Source: a virus (taxonomy: Duplodnaviria; Caudoviricetes). Taken from it: a DNA stretch of 62,289 nucleotides. The notes beneath the pieces are model-generated. The model did not search any database. It was not told the DNA's origin and was given only the letters and a program-made list of their open reading frames with translations. The DNA lies in IMG/VR virus record IMGVR_UViG_3300046009_002641, positions 1 to 62,289 of that record, one strand, 5' to 3'. A program made the position numbers and the translations under genes. Each line of letters opens with the position of its first letter. Position 1 is the first letter of the stretch. Shown here piece by piece: positions 30,443-39,979 of this stretch.

Positions 30443-30976
30443 ATGCCCCTGCTTAAAGGTAAAAGCCAAAAGACCATATCCTCCAATATATCGGAGTTGG
30501 TTCATTCTGGTCGCCCGCAAAAGCAGGCAATCGCTATTGCTCTTGACACAGCCCGTAGAGCTAGGGCGTCGGGCGGAGCGAATAGAAAGATCTTTCATGG
30601 CCCAATTGTTACGCCGATTCCGGGAAGAACTGACCGGCTCCCTATCCACGTTTATTCGGGAAGCTATGTCATTCCTGCGGATATTGTTTCCGGTTTAGGA
30701 GAGGGCAACACTCTTGCCGGTTATGAAGCTATCAAGCGCATGTTTGGACACCACCTTAAGGCTAAATACGGCCTTAGGGGATCTTTTCATGAGGACCGGG
30801 AAGTTGTTCCGGTCATCGTGGCGGGTGGTGAGTATATACTTACTCCCGATGAAGTTGAGGCTGCTGGCGATGGCGACTTGGATTCAGGCCATGCCGCTTT
30901 GGACGCTTTTGTTAAATCTCAGCGCCGTAAGTTGAGGCAAAAGCTGGCTAAGTTGCCGGGTCCGGCTCAAGACTGA
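30443..30976 (+). CDS. Basic N-terminal module + RASGG + tandemly duplicated G(E/S)Y(V/I) domain
   Basis: MPLLKGKSQKTISSNI...PQKQAIAIAL; LPIHVYSGSYVIPADIVSGLGEG vs VPVIVAGGEYILTPDEVEAAGDG. Confidence 0.8.
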   Translation: MPLLKGKSQKTISSNISELVHSGRPQKQAIAIALDTARRARASGGANRKIFHGPIVTPIPGRTDRLPIHVYSGSYVIPADIVSGLGEGNTLAGYEAIKRMFGHHLKAKYGLRGSFHEDREVVPVIVAGGEYILTPDEVEAAGDGDLDSGHAALDAFVKSQRRKLRQKLAKLPGPAQD

Positions 30977-30983
30977 GGTAACA

Positions 30984-31448
30984 ATGGAACTGCAAAATTG
31001 CCCTGACGTTCGTTTAGCTGAGCTAGACGATCTACCAGAGCTTATGCGTCTTACAAAAATAGCCTGTTCTGAGGACGCTCAGCACACTTACGATGCTGAA
31101 AAAGTCCTTGGCGTTCTTCGCCTTCATTTTGAAAAACGTGGCGGAGTTGTTGGTGTTGTTGGCGACAAAGGCAAAGAGCTAAAAGCCTACATCATCATGG
31201 TTATTAATGAGGTTTGGTATAGCCGCGATCATCATGTTCAGGAATTAAGCCTGTTTGTGGCCCCTGATCATCGCCGGTCTGACTACGCCAAGCAGCTTAT
31301 GCAGTTTAGTAAGCAGACGTCAGATGTTCTTAATTTAGATCTGACGATTGGCGTTTTGTCGAATGAGAGGACGGCCCCCAAGGTGCGCCTCTATCAGCGT
31401 CAGTTCCCGGCGGCGGGGGCTTTCTTTGTTTATCATCCTAAGAATTAA
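30984..31448 (+). CDS. GNAT-family acetyltransferase
   Basis: LFVAPDHRRSDYAKQL acetyl-CoA-binding motif; position before ejection proteins. Confidence 0.8.
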   Translation: MELQNCPDVRLAELDDLPELMRLTKIACSEDAQHTYDAEKVLGVLRLHFEKRGGVVGVVGDKGKELKAYIIMVINEVWYSRDHHVQELSLFVAPDHRRSDYAKQLMQFSKQTSDVLNLDLTIGVLSNERTAPKVRLYQRQFPAAGAFFVYHPKN

Positions 31449-31459
31449 GGGCTAATACT

Positions 31460-34400
31460 ATGGGCAGCAAAGGCAGCGGCGGCGGCTCCAATCAGATGGG
31501 CTTTCAGGCGACAACCTCAACGTATTCGCCTAACCCGGAAGCGATGGCGGCATACCGCAATGCTCTTGGCATGGCTGAGAACGTAGCGCAGATCCCGTAT
31601 GAGCAATATCAGGGTCAAATGACCGCTGGCTTTACGCCGGATCAGTTAGCTGCTTTTCAGGGAACGCGCGAGATGCAAGGCATGGCCCAGCCTTACATCA
31701 ATGCTGCGACATCCGCTGTAAATCAGTCTTTGCAGCTTGCCGATCCGCGTAACTTTACGCCTGCCGCGCTTGATCAGTATTACAACCCTTATCAGCAGAA
31801 CGTCATCAACTCTACTAGAGCAATGATGGCTCAGCAAAATGCCCAGCAGCAAAATGATCTTACTGCCCGCGCCATTCAGCAGGGCGCTTATGGCGGTGAT
31901 CGTTCTGGCGTTGCCCGTGCGGCTTTGATGGGACAGCAGTCTCTTGCCAATCAGCAAATTCTGTCCGGTCTCCAGCAACAGGGTTATCAGCAGGCTGTTG
32001 GCCAATTTAACCAGCAACAGCAGCAGGCGGTTAACGCCGCTCAGCAAGGGGCTTATAGCCTTGGCCAGCTTGGCCTTCAGGGCCAGCAGGCTGCGCTTCA
32101 GGGCATTCAGGCGCTTCTTGGCACAGGCGGTATGCAGCAGAACCTTGCTCAGCAGCAGCTTTCTGCGGCCTACAATCAGTGGCTTCAGGCCCGCGCCTAT
32201 CCTTACCAGCAAGCCAATTTCTATTCTGGCATTGTGTCTGGCATTGCTCCGAATATGGGCGGAACAACCAACACGATGGGCTTTGGCACGGGCCAAACGC
32301 AGCAGCAGCAGGCGTCTGGTGGCGGCGGTGGCGCTGGACTTCTGACGTCGGCTCTTTCGTTCTTGCCGATGCTCATGGGCGCTTCTGATAGAGACGACAA
32401 AACCGATATTCAGTATTTGGGCAAGGACGAATCGGGCGAGAAAATTTATTCATATCGCTACAAGGGCGATCCAAAGTCTTACCCCAAAGTTGTCGGCCCG
32501 ATGGCGCAGGACATTGAAAAGGAAGATCCTGATCGCGTTTATGAAGTTGGTGGCCATAAGATTGTTGAGGGCCTTGGACATCTTGCTCCTAGTCAGCGCG
32601 AAGGCCGCGCCGATGGCGGCGGTATGTATAGCTCCCCGACTGTAGATCCGTATGCTTATCAGCAGTCTCCTTATCAGGCCGATCAGCGTTTTGACCCCGG
32701 ATTTTCCAAGGGTCTTGAGGCGGTCATTGATCCGGCCATGGCTAATAAGATTGCCTCTAGTCGCTGGGTCTCTCAGCCCGCTGATCAGAGCCAAAGCCAG
32801 CAGACGCTTGATGAGCAGATGCAATACCGGAATCCGGAATTTAATCTGTTCCCGTATTTCCAAGACGGTCAACAGTCTCAAAGCCCGTTCGATGGTAATT
32901 CTGAAAAGCATGAAATGTATGCCGATGGCGGTGGCGTTGGCGGTTTAGGCGACTTAATGAAGGCTAAGACCCCGTTTGGCGCTGCTAACCCTTATGTTGA
33001 GGCCATGCCGATTACCCCCGGCAAAGCTCATATTCCTGAACCTCCGAAAATGAACTGGCTGCCCGGCCTTCCGGGCGGTGGCCCGTCCAGCGGAGGCGGT
33101 GGTGGTGGCGGCGGCGGTGGTGGAGGCATGCCAAAGCTTCCTAAGATGGGTGGATCTAAGGCTGCTTCGGCTGGCGCTGCGGCCCCGTCTGAAGCTGCGT
33201 CGGCTGAACACGCTGCGGCTCCTACGGCTGAGGCTTCGGCTCCCGCTCCGGTTGCCGACGCTGGCGCTGCGGCTGCTCCGGCCATGGATGCTGGTCTTGG
33301 TGGCATTGGCGGTGGTCTGGAAAATATCTTTTCCGGACTTGGCGGCATGTTGCCGATGTTCAATCACGGTGGCCGTGTGCATATGGCTGATGGTGGCGCT
33401 GGCGCTGCCGGCGGTATCGGCTCCAGTGGATTTGCTGGCGCTGAGGGCCTTGGCGCTGGCGCGGTGAAGGGAGTGATTGGCGAGTCTGGTTCTGGAACGC
33501 TTGGCTCTTTGGCTCCGGCCATCAAGCTTGCCCCGACTGAAGGCCCGTTTGGCAAAATGTCTTACGGCAACTGGCTTGATCGGGCTATGTCGCTTGATCC
33601 GGGCCGTCAGTTGACGCCGGAAGAACAGGGGCAGCCTTCGCTTCCCAAGCCGGGAACGCAGGGCAACCGTCCTTGGCTTCCGGGTGAGACGCAAAGTCAG
33701 GTCATCGGAAATCAGAATCCGGGCCTTGATCCGTTGATGATGATGATGGCTGGCGGCAAAGGCGCCACAAATCTTGCTCTTGGTGCGCTGATTGGCCAGC
33801 AGAACGCGGCTAATTCTGCCCGTGAACAACAGGCTGCGGCTCAGGCCAAGCGCGCTTCGATTATGTCCAGTCCGCAAACTCCGGCTGGCTATTCCCAGTC
33901 GCTGGCAAGCAATATCGTCAATCCGCGCACGGGCCTGTTCAACGTGAACTACGGCACCTACTACATGCCGCACTATGCGGAAGGTGGTCGCGTTGGAATG
34001 GCTGATGGTGGTGAGCCGTCCCGTTATAATCCGACTGCCCGTGATCTGGATTACTGGGCTAGAACCGTCGCCAAAGAAGCCGCAGATCAAGGTGACAAGG
34101 GCATGGCGGCTGTCGCTTATGCCATCAAGAACCGTCTTGAAAGCGGCAAATATGGCCGTTCAATTGCTGACGTTGTGACGGCCCCAAAGCAGTTTTCGCC
34201 TTGGAATCGTGAAATGCGCGGCACTGCTGCTGATCCGCGTCGTATGGACACCAATAGCCCTACTTATAAAAAGGCTATGGAGATTGTTCAGGGCGTTGCG
34301 TCTGGCAAGATTGCTAATCCGATTGGATCTGCAGTCAACTTTGCTAACCCGGCTCTTTCCAGTGCGCGTTCTTTACGGACTTGGATTAATCCCATGATCC

Positions 34401-36757
34401 GTAGCGGAAACGCTATTCGCATCGGCGAACATGTATTTGGGACGCCGGGCGGCGCTTCTACTGGCGCGCGTCGTTATGCGGTTGGGGCCCCCTACGGCTC
34501 GCCGTTTAGCACTCCGACGACGGTGGCAAAGGTCCATCCGGTGACGGGTGAGCATCCTGTTGTTGCGGCTGATCAGCGTCTGGCTTCGCAGCCTACGCCT
34601 GCCCCTGCTCAGGTAGTCCCGACGGGTAGCGTTTTAAATCGCATTAATCCGGCAGATCCTTCTGGTCCTCTTCTTGGGCAATTTCCGATCCCGCCTTCGG
34701 CTAAGATGCCACAGACCGCTCCGGCTCCGCAAAAACCCGGTTTTAGTCTTGCGAGCCTTAGCCCTGTTGGATCGGCACAAGCTGATGAAGCTGGACCGTC
34801 TATGCCAGAAGGTGTGATCCCGCGAATCCGTCCCGGTTTTGAGTCTATTCAGGGTCCAAGCCAGTTGGCTGGGTTGCAGGCGACGAAGCAGCTTAATCCT
34901 AGCTCCTTGAACGCCGCCATGGGAACGCCCAAGACTGGTATTTCAGGTCTTGATATGGAAAGCTTCACTCCTCCCGGAATGGCCGGTGATCGTGACCTTA
35001 TGGGCGCGCAGCCGCAGGGATTTGGCACATTTGCACCGTCTGATATGGGTCCGCAGGCGTCCCAACCCGACATGCCTTGGGATCGTCCAATTGTTGCTGA
35101 AAGTGAGCCTGAGCGCGCTGCTCCTTCCCCGGCTCCGAAACGTGCTGAGCCTGCCGCTCCGGCTGGTGAGAATGGCAAGTTCTTCGGTGACTACCGCGAC
35201 TATGAACCTTGGGCTAGTGACCCGATTGGCAAGGCTCTTGATGAAATCATGGGTGAGAAGCCCATGTCCTTGCACAAGGGCGCGTCTATGTGGGACGTCG
35301 GCGGCGGCGAAACATCCGGTGGCGGCTTCGACCTTGGCGATATTGGCGATCTGTTTAAGCAATATGGCGGTCGCGTCGGCATGGCTGACGGTGGAGATCC
35401 TCTTGCTAATCTTGATCCTGAAATGCTCAGCGATGAGCCGATGGATGAGGACCAAGCTGGGTTTACGTCAGAAGCCCTTGCCGCCGATGATCAGGTTGAC
35501 CCGAATGACCGTATTGTTGCGACAGACAGACCGGAGCAGCGCGAACAGCCGCAGCAGCCGGGTTTTGGAGGCCTGACTTCTCCGATCACCGGCAAGCCGA
35601 TGACTTGGGGTCCGGCCTCTCAGGCGCTTTTGGCGGCTGGACTTGGCATGATGGCCTCTGATCGTGTGAATCCGCTTCAGGCGATTGGCGAAGGTGGCTT
35701 GCGTGGTCTTGAGTATTATCAGAGCGCCTCTGCCCAAGAACGCGCACAGCAGGCTGCTGAGGCCCGCTTAGCCCGTGAAATGGAGCAGCGCCGCACAACT
35801 GAGCAGCATTGGCAAACCGAAATGCAGCACAAGCGCAATGTTCTTGAGGCTGCGGAACGCGCGCGTCGGACGGGTAAGATCGGCGTTATCGGGACTGATG
35901 AATTTGGCTATCCGATTCGCGGGTGGGTGTCTGGCGAAAACGTCGGCCAGCCGCTTGAGCCGTCGCGTGGATCTACGTCGCGCACGACTCAAACCGGCGC
36001 GGAAGGTCTGCATGGTGAGGAGTTCTTGAATACGCTTCCGGGCGATACTGCGCTTCAGGTTAAATCAATTGCTGAAGGCAGGCAGGCAATTCCTCCGGGC
36101 CGGTATTCTCAGCCCCTCCGTCGTGCTGTTACTCAGTATGATCCTGATTATTCTGAACAGCGTAAGAAGGTTCGTGACTCATTTAATGCGACTGAGCCTA
36201 CTAAGGCGGGCGGTCAAATCATTGCTGGCAACACGGCTATTGGTCATCTTGGCGAATTGTCAGATGCGGCTCATGCCCTTGGCAATACCGGCTTCAAAGC
36301 TTGGAATTGGGCTAAGCAGCACGGCAAGAGCATGACTGTCGGTAATCCAAAACTTGAGGCTTTTGAGGCGACCAAGGATCGTTTCATTGAAGAAGCTACG
36401 AAGTTCTATCGTGGAACTGGCGGAACTGAAGCCGACATTCAGCGCGCGATTGGTCGCATGAGTTCGGCTAATACTCCGCAGGAACTTGATGCGGTTATTG
36501 CTCAGGAAGCCAAATTGTTTGAGAGCAAGGTCAATGCTCTTGAGGATCAGTGGCGCAAGACGATGAAGTCTGACGCCATTGAAGTTGGCGACATCAACTA
36601 TGGTGTTGTCCGTGGTCACGCCAAGGATGCTCTGGAAAAAATTCGCTCTCGCGTCTCTGGTGAATCTGGAAGCATAGAGGCCATGGCCAAGAAATATGGC
36701 ATGACGCCTGAGCAGCTTCGTGCAAAATATGAAGAAATGAAAAAGGGACGGCAATAA
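31460..36757 (+). CDS. Giant ejection/DNA-transfer protein with S74-type autocleaving domain, SleB-like cell-wall hydrolase and 8 xxxGG motifs
   Basis: Gln-rich N-terminus (YNPYQQNV, GAYGG.R); SDRDDKTDI...G.MAQDIE; ART..KEA..QG..GM.AVA..I.NR...QFSPWN. Confidence 0.85.
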   Translation: MGSKGSGGGSNQMGFQATTSTYSPNPEAMAAYRNALGMAENVAQIPYEQYQGQMTAGFTPDQLAAFQGTREMQGMAQPYINAATSAVNQSLQLADPRNFTPAALDQYYNPYQQNVINSTRAMMAQQNAQQQNDLTARAIQQGAYGGDRSGVARAALMGQQSLANQQILSGLQQQGYQQAVGQFNQQQQQAVNAAQQGAYSLGQLGLQGQQAALQGIQALLGTGGMQQNLAQQQLSAAYNQWLQARAYPYQQANFYSGIVSGIAPNMGGTTNTMGFGTGQTQQQQASGGGGGAGLLTSALSFLPMLMGASDRDDKTDIQYLGKDESGEKIYSYRYKGDPKSYPKVVGPMAQDIEKEDPDRVYEVGGHKIVEGLGHLAPSQREGRADGGGMYSSPTVDPYAYQQSPYQADQRFDPGFSKGLEAVIDPAMANKIASSRWVSQPADQSQSQQTLDEQMQYRNPEFNLFPYFQDGQQSQSPFDGNSEKHEMYADGGGVGGLGDLMKAKTPFGAANPYVEAMPITPGKAHIPEPPKMNWLPGLPGGGPSSGGGGGGGGGGGGMPKLPKMGGSKAASAGAAAPSEAASAEHAAAPTAEASAPAPVADAGAAAAPAMDAGLGGIGGGLENIFSGLGGMLPMFNHGGRVHMADGGAGAAGGIGSSGFAGAEGLGAGAVKGVIGESGSGTLGSLAPAIKLAPTEGPFGKMSYGNWLDRAMSLDPGRQLTPEEQGQPSLPKPGTQGNRPWLPGETQSQVIGNQNPGLDPLMMMMAGGKGATNLALGALIGQQNAANSAREQQAAAQAKRASIMSSPQTPAGYSQSLASNIVNPRTGLFNVNYGTYYMPHYAEGGRVGMADGGEPSRYNPTARDLDYWARTVAKEAADQGDKGMAAVAYAIKNRLESGKYGRSIADVVTAPKQFSPWNREMRGTAADPRRMDTNSPTYKKAMEIVQGVASGKIANPIGSAVNFANPALSSARSLRTWINPMIRSGNAIRIGEHVFGTPGGASTGARRYAVGAPYGSPFSTPTTVAKVHPVTGEHPVVAADQRLASQPTPAPAQVVPTGSVLNRINPADPSGPLLGQFPIPPSAKMPQTAPAPQKPGFSLASLSPVGSAQADEAGPSMPEGVIPRIRPGFESIQGPSQLAGLQATKQLNPSSLNAAMGTPKTGISGLDMESFTPPGMAGDRDLMGAQPQGFGTFAPSDMGPQASQPDMPWDRPIVAESEPERAAPSPAPKRAEPAAPAGENGKFFGDYRDYEPWASDPIGKALDEIMGEKPMSLHKGASMWDVGGGETSGGGFDLGDIGDLFKQYGGRVGMADGGDPLANLDPEMLSDEPMDEDQAGFTSEALAADDQVDPNDRIVATDRPEQREQPQQPGFGGLTSPITGKPMTWGPASQALLAAGLGMMASDRVNPLQAIGEGGLRGLEYYQSASAQERAQQAAEARLAREMEQRRTTEQHWQTEMQHKRNVLEAAERARRTGKIGVIGTDEFGYPIRGWVSGENVGQPLEPSRGSTSRTTQTGAEGLHGEEFLNTLPGDTALQVKSIAEGRQAIPPGRYSQPLRRAVTQYDPDYSEQRKKVRDSFNATEPTKAGGQIIAGNTAIGHLGELSDAAHALGNTGFKAWNWAKQHGKSMTVGNPKLEAFEATKDRFIEEATKFYRGTGGTEADIQRAIGRMSSANTPQELDAVIAQEAKLFESKVNALEDQWRKTMKSDAIEVGDINYGVVRGHAKDALEKIRSRVSGESGSIEAMAKKYGMTPEQLRAKYEEMKKGRQ

Positions 36758-38541
36758 TGGCTGGCGAACCTACCTTTGAAGAACTTGACGCCCTTTTTGG
36801 TGGGGGCGCAGGTTCTGGCGCTGGCCCTTCTGAGCAAGCCCAGTCAGGGCCGTCTCAGGAAGAAATGCAGAGGCTTTTTGAAGAAGAAGCCATGCGCCAA
36901 AAGGCTCAGGAAAACGCCAGTTATCTACCGCAGGCTGGCGCTTTTGTAACCGGTGTAGGTTCCACCATTCCATTTGCTAAAGACGTTGCTGCTGGCCTTA
37001 AAACTGGGGCTTCATATCTTTGGGGCAATGAGCTTGAGGGAACTGCCGGAGAGCGGTTTGAGCAGGCTAAGCGTCGTCAGGAACAAGCTCAGCAGATATT
37101 AGGTGAGGAATATCCCCTCACCCAAACGGCGGGCATGGCGACGGGTATTGGCGCTCAGATCATGGCCCCCGGCACTAGGGCTTTGGCCGCTGGTGAGCGG
37201 GCTGCGGCTGAAATGGCTGGTGAAGCGGTTCCCAAGATGCTGGCTCCGGCTGCCCGTGGTGCGGTTCATGTCGGCGCAGGTGCTGGGGTTGGTGCGGCCT
37301 ATGGCGCTGGTGAAGGCGTTACACTTGAGGAACGCGCACAAAATGCGCTTATCGGCGCTGGGGTTGGCGCGGCTGGCGCTGCCGCTGCTCCCATCGTTGG
37401 GACCATAGCTAGGCCGATTGGTCAGAAACTTGGATTTATTAAGCCGACGCCCGGTGTAATGTCCAAAGATGAATTGTTCGATGCTGCCCGTGATGCTTAT
37501 AAAGCTTCAGAAAGCCAAGGCATTATGGTCCAGCCTAGTGAAATTAAGAACGCTTACGACCGAATCAGAAGCAACCTCACAGACCTTGGCTACCATCAAA
37601 AAAATCAGCCTGAGGTTCAAGTTGCTTTAGATGAGCTTTATAAGCTTAGTATGCCTACGATGCAGGGTCGCCCTAATTACACGACGCTAAAAGGCATTGA
37701 TATCATCAATCAAATAGCCCGTAACGCTTCTTCCAGTCCTAATGCTCAAACACGGCTTATGGGCAAAGCATTCCATGAAGGCATAGATGACCTTTTGGAT
37801 AGGTTAAGTCCTCAGAACGTGATTGGCGGCAACGCTCCTGAAGCTGTTAAGTCTTTGCAGGAAGCCCGAAACTATTGGAAGCTTGCGCGTAAGACCCAAA
37901 AAGTTGAGGATATTATTGATAACGCTATCCTTGAAACGGCATCTACTGGTTCTGGTGGCAACATCAATAATAAACTTAAGCAAGCCATCACTAAAATTAT
38001 AAAAGAAAATAAACGCAAGCCCGGCGGATGGACGCCCGATGAGCTTGCCGCAATGCGCGCTGTTGTTGAGCCGTCTGCTGGACGTGATCTCGCCCGTTTG
38101 TTTGGTAAGATTGCTCCGGGCGGCAACGGACTTCACGCGCTTCTTGAGCTTGGAGCGGTTGCACACAATCCGAAATTTGCTCCGTTGATTGCTGGTGGCC
38201 AGTTGTCGAAAGCATATGCTGATCGTGCAACTGCGGCGGCGGTTGATGATCTTCTTGAGCTTATCCGCGTTGGTGGACTGAGGAAGAACATGCCCAGAAA
38301 GAATCCTACATCCGCTGTTAAGGCAAAAAATGTCGGCATAGGCGCTACCCTTTCCGGTATGCAGCCTTGGGAGCGTGAAGAGCGCAAGTCTGGCGGTAAG
38401 GTTTACCCTGCCAAGCGCCTTACCCTTTTAGAAAGGGCTGCCCGCAAAGCTCATGCTGAATTGGCCGAAGGCTCAAAGCCTCTAATGAATATGTCGGATG
38501 AACATATCGCTGCTGGCCTGAATAACGCTAAAGAAGGATAA
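36757..38541 (+). CDS. Ejection / DNA-transfer protein
   Basis: Gly/Ala-rich membrane-like segment (GAGVGAAYGAGEG), helical body; RKSGG near C-terminus. Confidence 0.75.
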   Translation: MAGEPTFEELDALFGGGAGSGAGPSEQAQSGPSQEEMQRLFEEEAMRQKAQENASYLPQAGAFVTGVGSTIPFAKDVAAGLKTGASYLWGNELEGTAGERFEQAKRRQEQAQQILGEEYPLTQTAGMATGIGAQIMAPGTRALAAGERAAAEMAGEAVPKMLAPAARGAVHVGAGAGVGAAYGAGEGVTLEERAQNALIGAGVGAAGAAAAPIVGTIARPIGQKLGFIKPTPGVMSKDELFDAARDAYKASESQGIMVQPSEIKNAYDRIRSNLTDLGYHQKNQPEVQVALDELYKLSMPTMQGRPNYTTLKGIDIINQIARNASSSPNAQTRLMGKAFHEGIDDLLDRLSPQNVIGGNAPEAVKSLQEARNYWKLARKTQKVEDIIDNAILETASTGSGGNINNKLKQAITKIIKENKRKPGGWTPDELAAMRAVVEPSAGRDLARLFGKIAPGGNGLHALLELGAVAHNPKFAPLIAGGQLSKAYADRATAAAVDDLLELIRVGGLRKNMPRKNPTSAVKAKNVGIGATLSGMQPWEREERKSGGKVYPAKRLTLLERAARKAHAELAEGSKPLMNMSDEHIAAGLNNAKEG

Positions 38542-38546
38542 GAACG

Positions 38547-39167
38547 GTGCCTGATACATATACATCCGGTAAGCTTGGGCTTATCGAACCTTCTCGCGGC
38601 GCTTATGTCGATACATGGGATGAGCCGCTATACGCCAACTGGCAGACGCTTGAGGCGGCTATTTCGGGAACGACAACCCTGAGCTTGTCAAATTCCAACG
38701 TCATCCTTACTGTCCCGACTTTCCCTTCTTACACAGACCCGCCAACTGTTTCCACTTCGGCTCAGAACTTACGCTTATATCTAACTGGAACATTGCTGGC
38801 CAATCTCACGATCTTTATTCCGTCAACCATTGGCGGATTCTGGATTATTGATGACGCAACTTCCGGATCATTTACTGTAACAATTAAGACGACTGCTGTT
38901 GGCTCCGTTGGTGTCAATTCTGTTCAGGGTAAAACCCTCACAGTTTTTAGTAACGGAACAAACATCCGACTTGCCGATAGTGGTAATATTCCTGCCGTTG
39001 CCACAAATGCGGTCGCGGGTCTTGTCACTCAGGGTCTCTTGACTGGAAACTGCGTTAACTTGGATGCTAACGCCAAAATCCCCTATCAGGCAGACAAGTA
39101 TATTATTTCTTCTAGCGACCCTGATCCCGCTCAAGGTTCACAGAACTGGCTCTGGATGAAAGTCTAA
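38547..39167 (+). CDS. Tail protein
   Basis: TW...LYANW..LE.AISG; beta-rich. Confidence 0.65.
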   Translation: MPDTYTSGKLGLIEPSRGAYVDTWDEPLYANWQTLEAAISGTTTLSLSNSNVILTVPTFPSYTDPPTVSTSAQNLRLYLTGTLLANLTIFIPSTIGGFWIIDDATSGSFTVTIKTTAVGSVGVNSVQGKTLTVFSNGTNIRLADSGNIPAVATNAVAGLVTQGLLTGNCVNLDANAKIPYQADKYIISSSDPDPAQGSQNWLWMKV

Positions 39168-39170
39168 CCT

Positions 39171-39857
39171 ATGCCTTTATGGGTTAAAAACTCTGGGTCT
39201 TGGACTCAGCCTTCCGCCTTATATGTAAAAGATAGCGGATCGTGGAAAAGAGTGTTTGTCCTTTGGGTAAAAGATTCTGGGTCGTGGAAAAAGGTTTTCC
39301 CGGTTGCTGGGTCTATCACCTATACCGGTAGCAACACTTTTACCGTCCCGGCCTATGAGTATTTAACAGTTACCTGTTATGGCTCAGGCGGAGGCGGTGG
39401 TGGTGGCGGCTCTAACGACGGCTTTTCGTCTGGTGCTTATGGTGGCGACGGCGGCACGGGTGGCAGTGTATATTTTTCATCGTCTACTACTGTCATCGCA
39501 AACGGCGGCGGCGGTGGTTATGGTGGCGGCGACTTCTTTGCTGGGTTCCCTCGCAATCCCGGACAACCCGGATTTGCTGGCGGCGGATCAGGTGGAACTG
39601 TTGTTTCAGGTGGCGGCGTTGGCGGCGGTGGCGGCGGTGGCGGTAACGGTGGTTACAATGGCGGCTCCGGTGGCTCTGGTGGCCGCACTACCAAAACTTG
39701 GTATGTTTCAGATGCTGGCGCTCCCGCAATTGGCGGCTCCATCAGTGTAGTTGTTAATGGTGGTGGTGGTGGTGGTGCCGGCGGCAACGACGCAGGAACC
39801 AGAGGCGGCAACGGCGGAACAGGTTCGACCGGCTATGTAGTGGTCAACTGGACATGA
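39171..39857 (+). CDS. Glycine-rich tail fibre tip protein
   Basis: Three L(W/Y)VK(N/D)SGSW repeats, then polyglycine-rich domain. Confidence 0.75.
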   Translation: MPLWVKNSGSWTQPSALYVKDSGSWKRVFVLWVKDSGSWKKVFPVAGSITYTGSNTFTVPAYEYLTVTCYGSGGGGGGGGSNDGFSSGAYGGDGGTGGSVYFSSSTTVIANGGGGGYGGGDFFAGFPRNPGQPGFAGGGSGGTVVSGGGVGGGGGGGGNGGYNGGSGGSGGRTTKTWYVSDAGAPAIGGSISVVVNGGGGGGAGGNDAGTRGGNGGTGSTGYVVVNWT

Positions 39858-39979
39858 TGCACCCAGACCATTACGATTTTCTTATGCGCTTATGTAAGTG
39901 CGTGGCGGTCGTTTGGTTGTGCATACTTTGCTACAAGCTTGGACAGGGCATATACCACGAATTAAGGACCATACAATGA
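39854..39979 (+). CDS. 41-aa single-TM protein (absent from ORF track)
   Basis: MMHPDHYDFLMRLCKCVAVVWLCILCYKLGQGIYHELRTIQ; ATGA overlaps with both neighbours. Confidence 0.6.
   Translation: MMHPDHYDFLMRLCKCVAVVWLCILCYKLGQGIYHELRTIQ

Noticed and set aside
39380-39830. Numerous GG dipeptides in the glycine-rich tail protein
   Set aside because: Polyglycine structural domain without the motif context.
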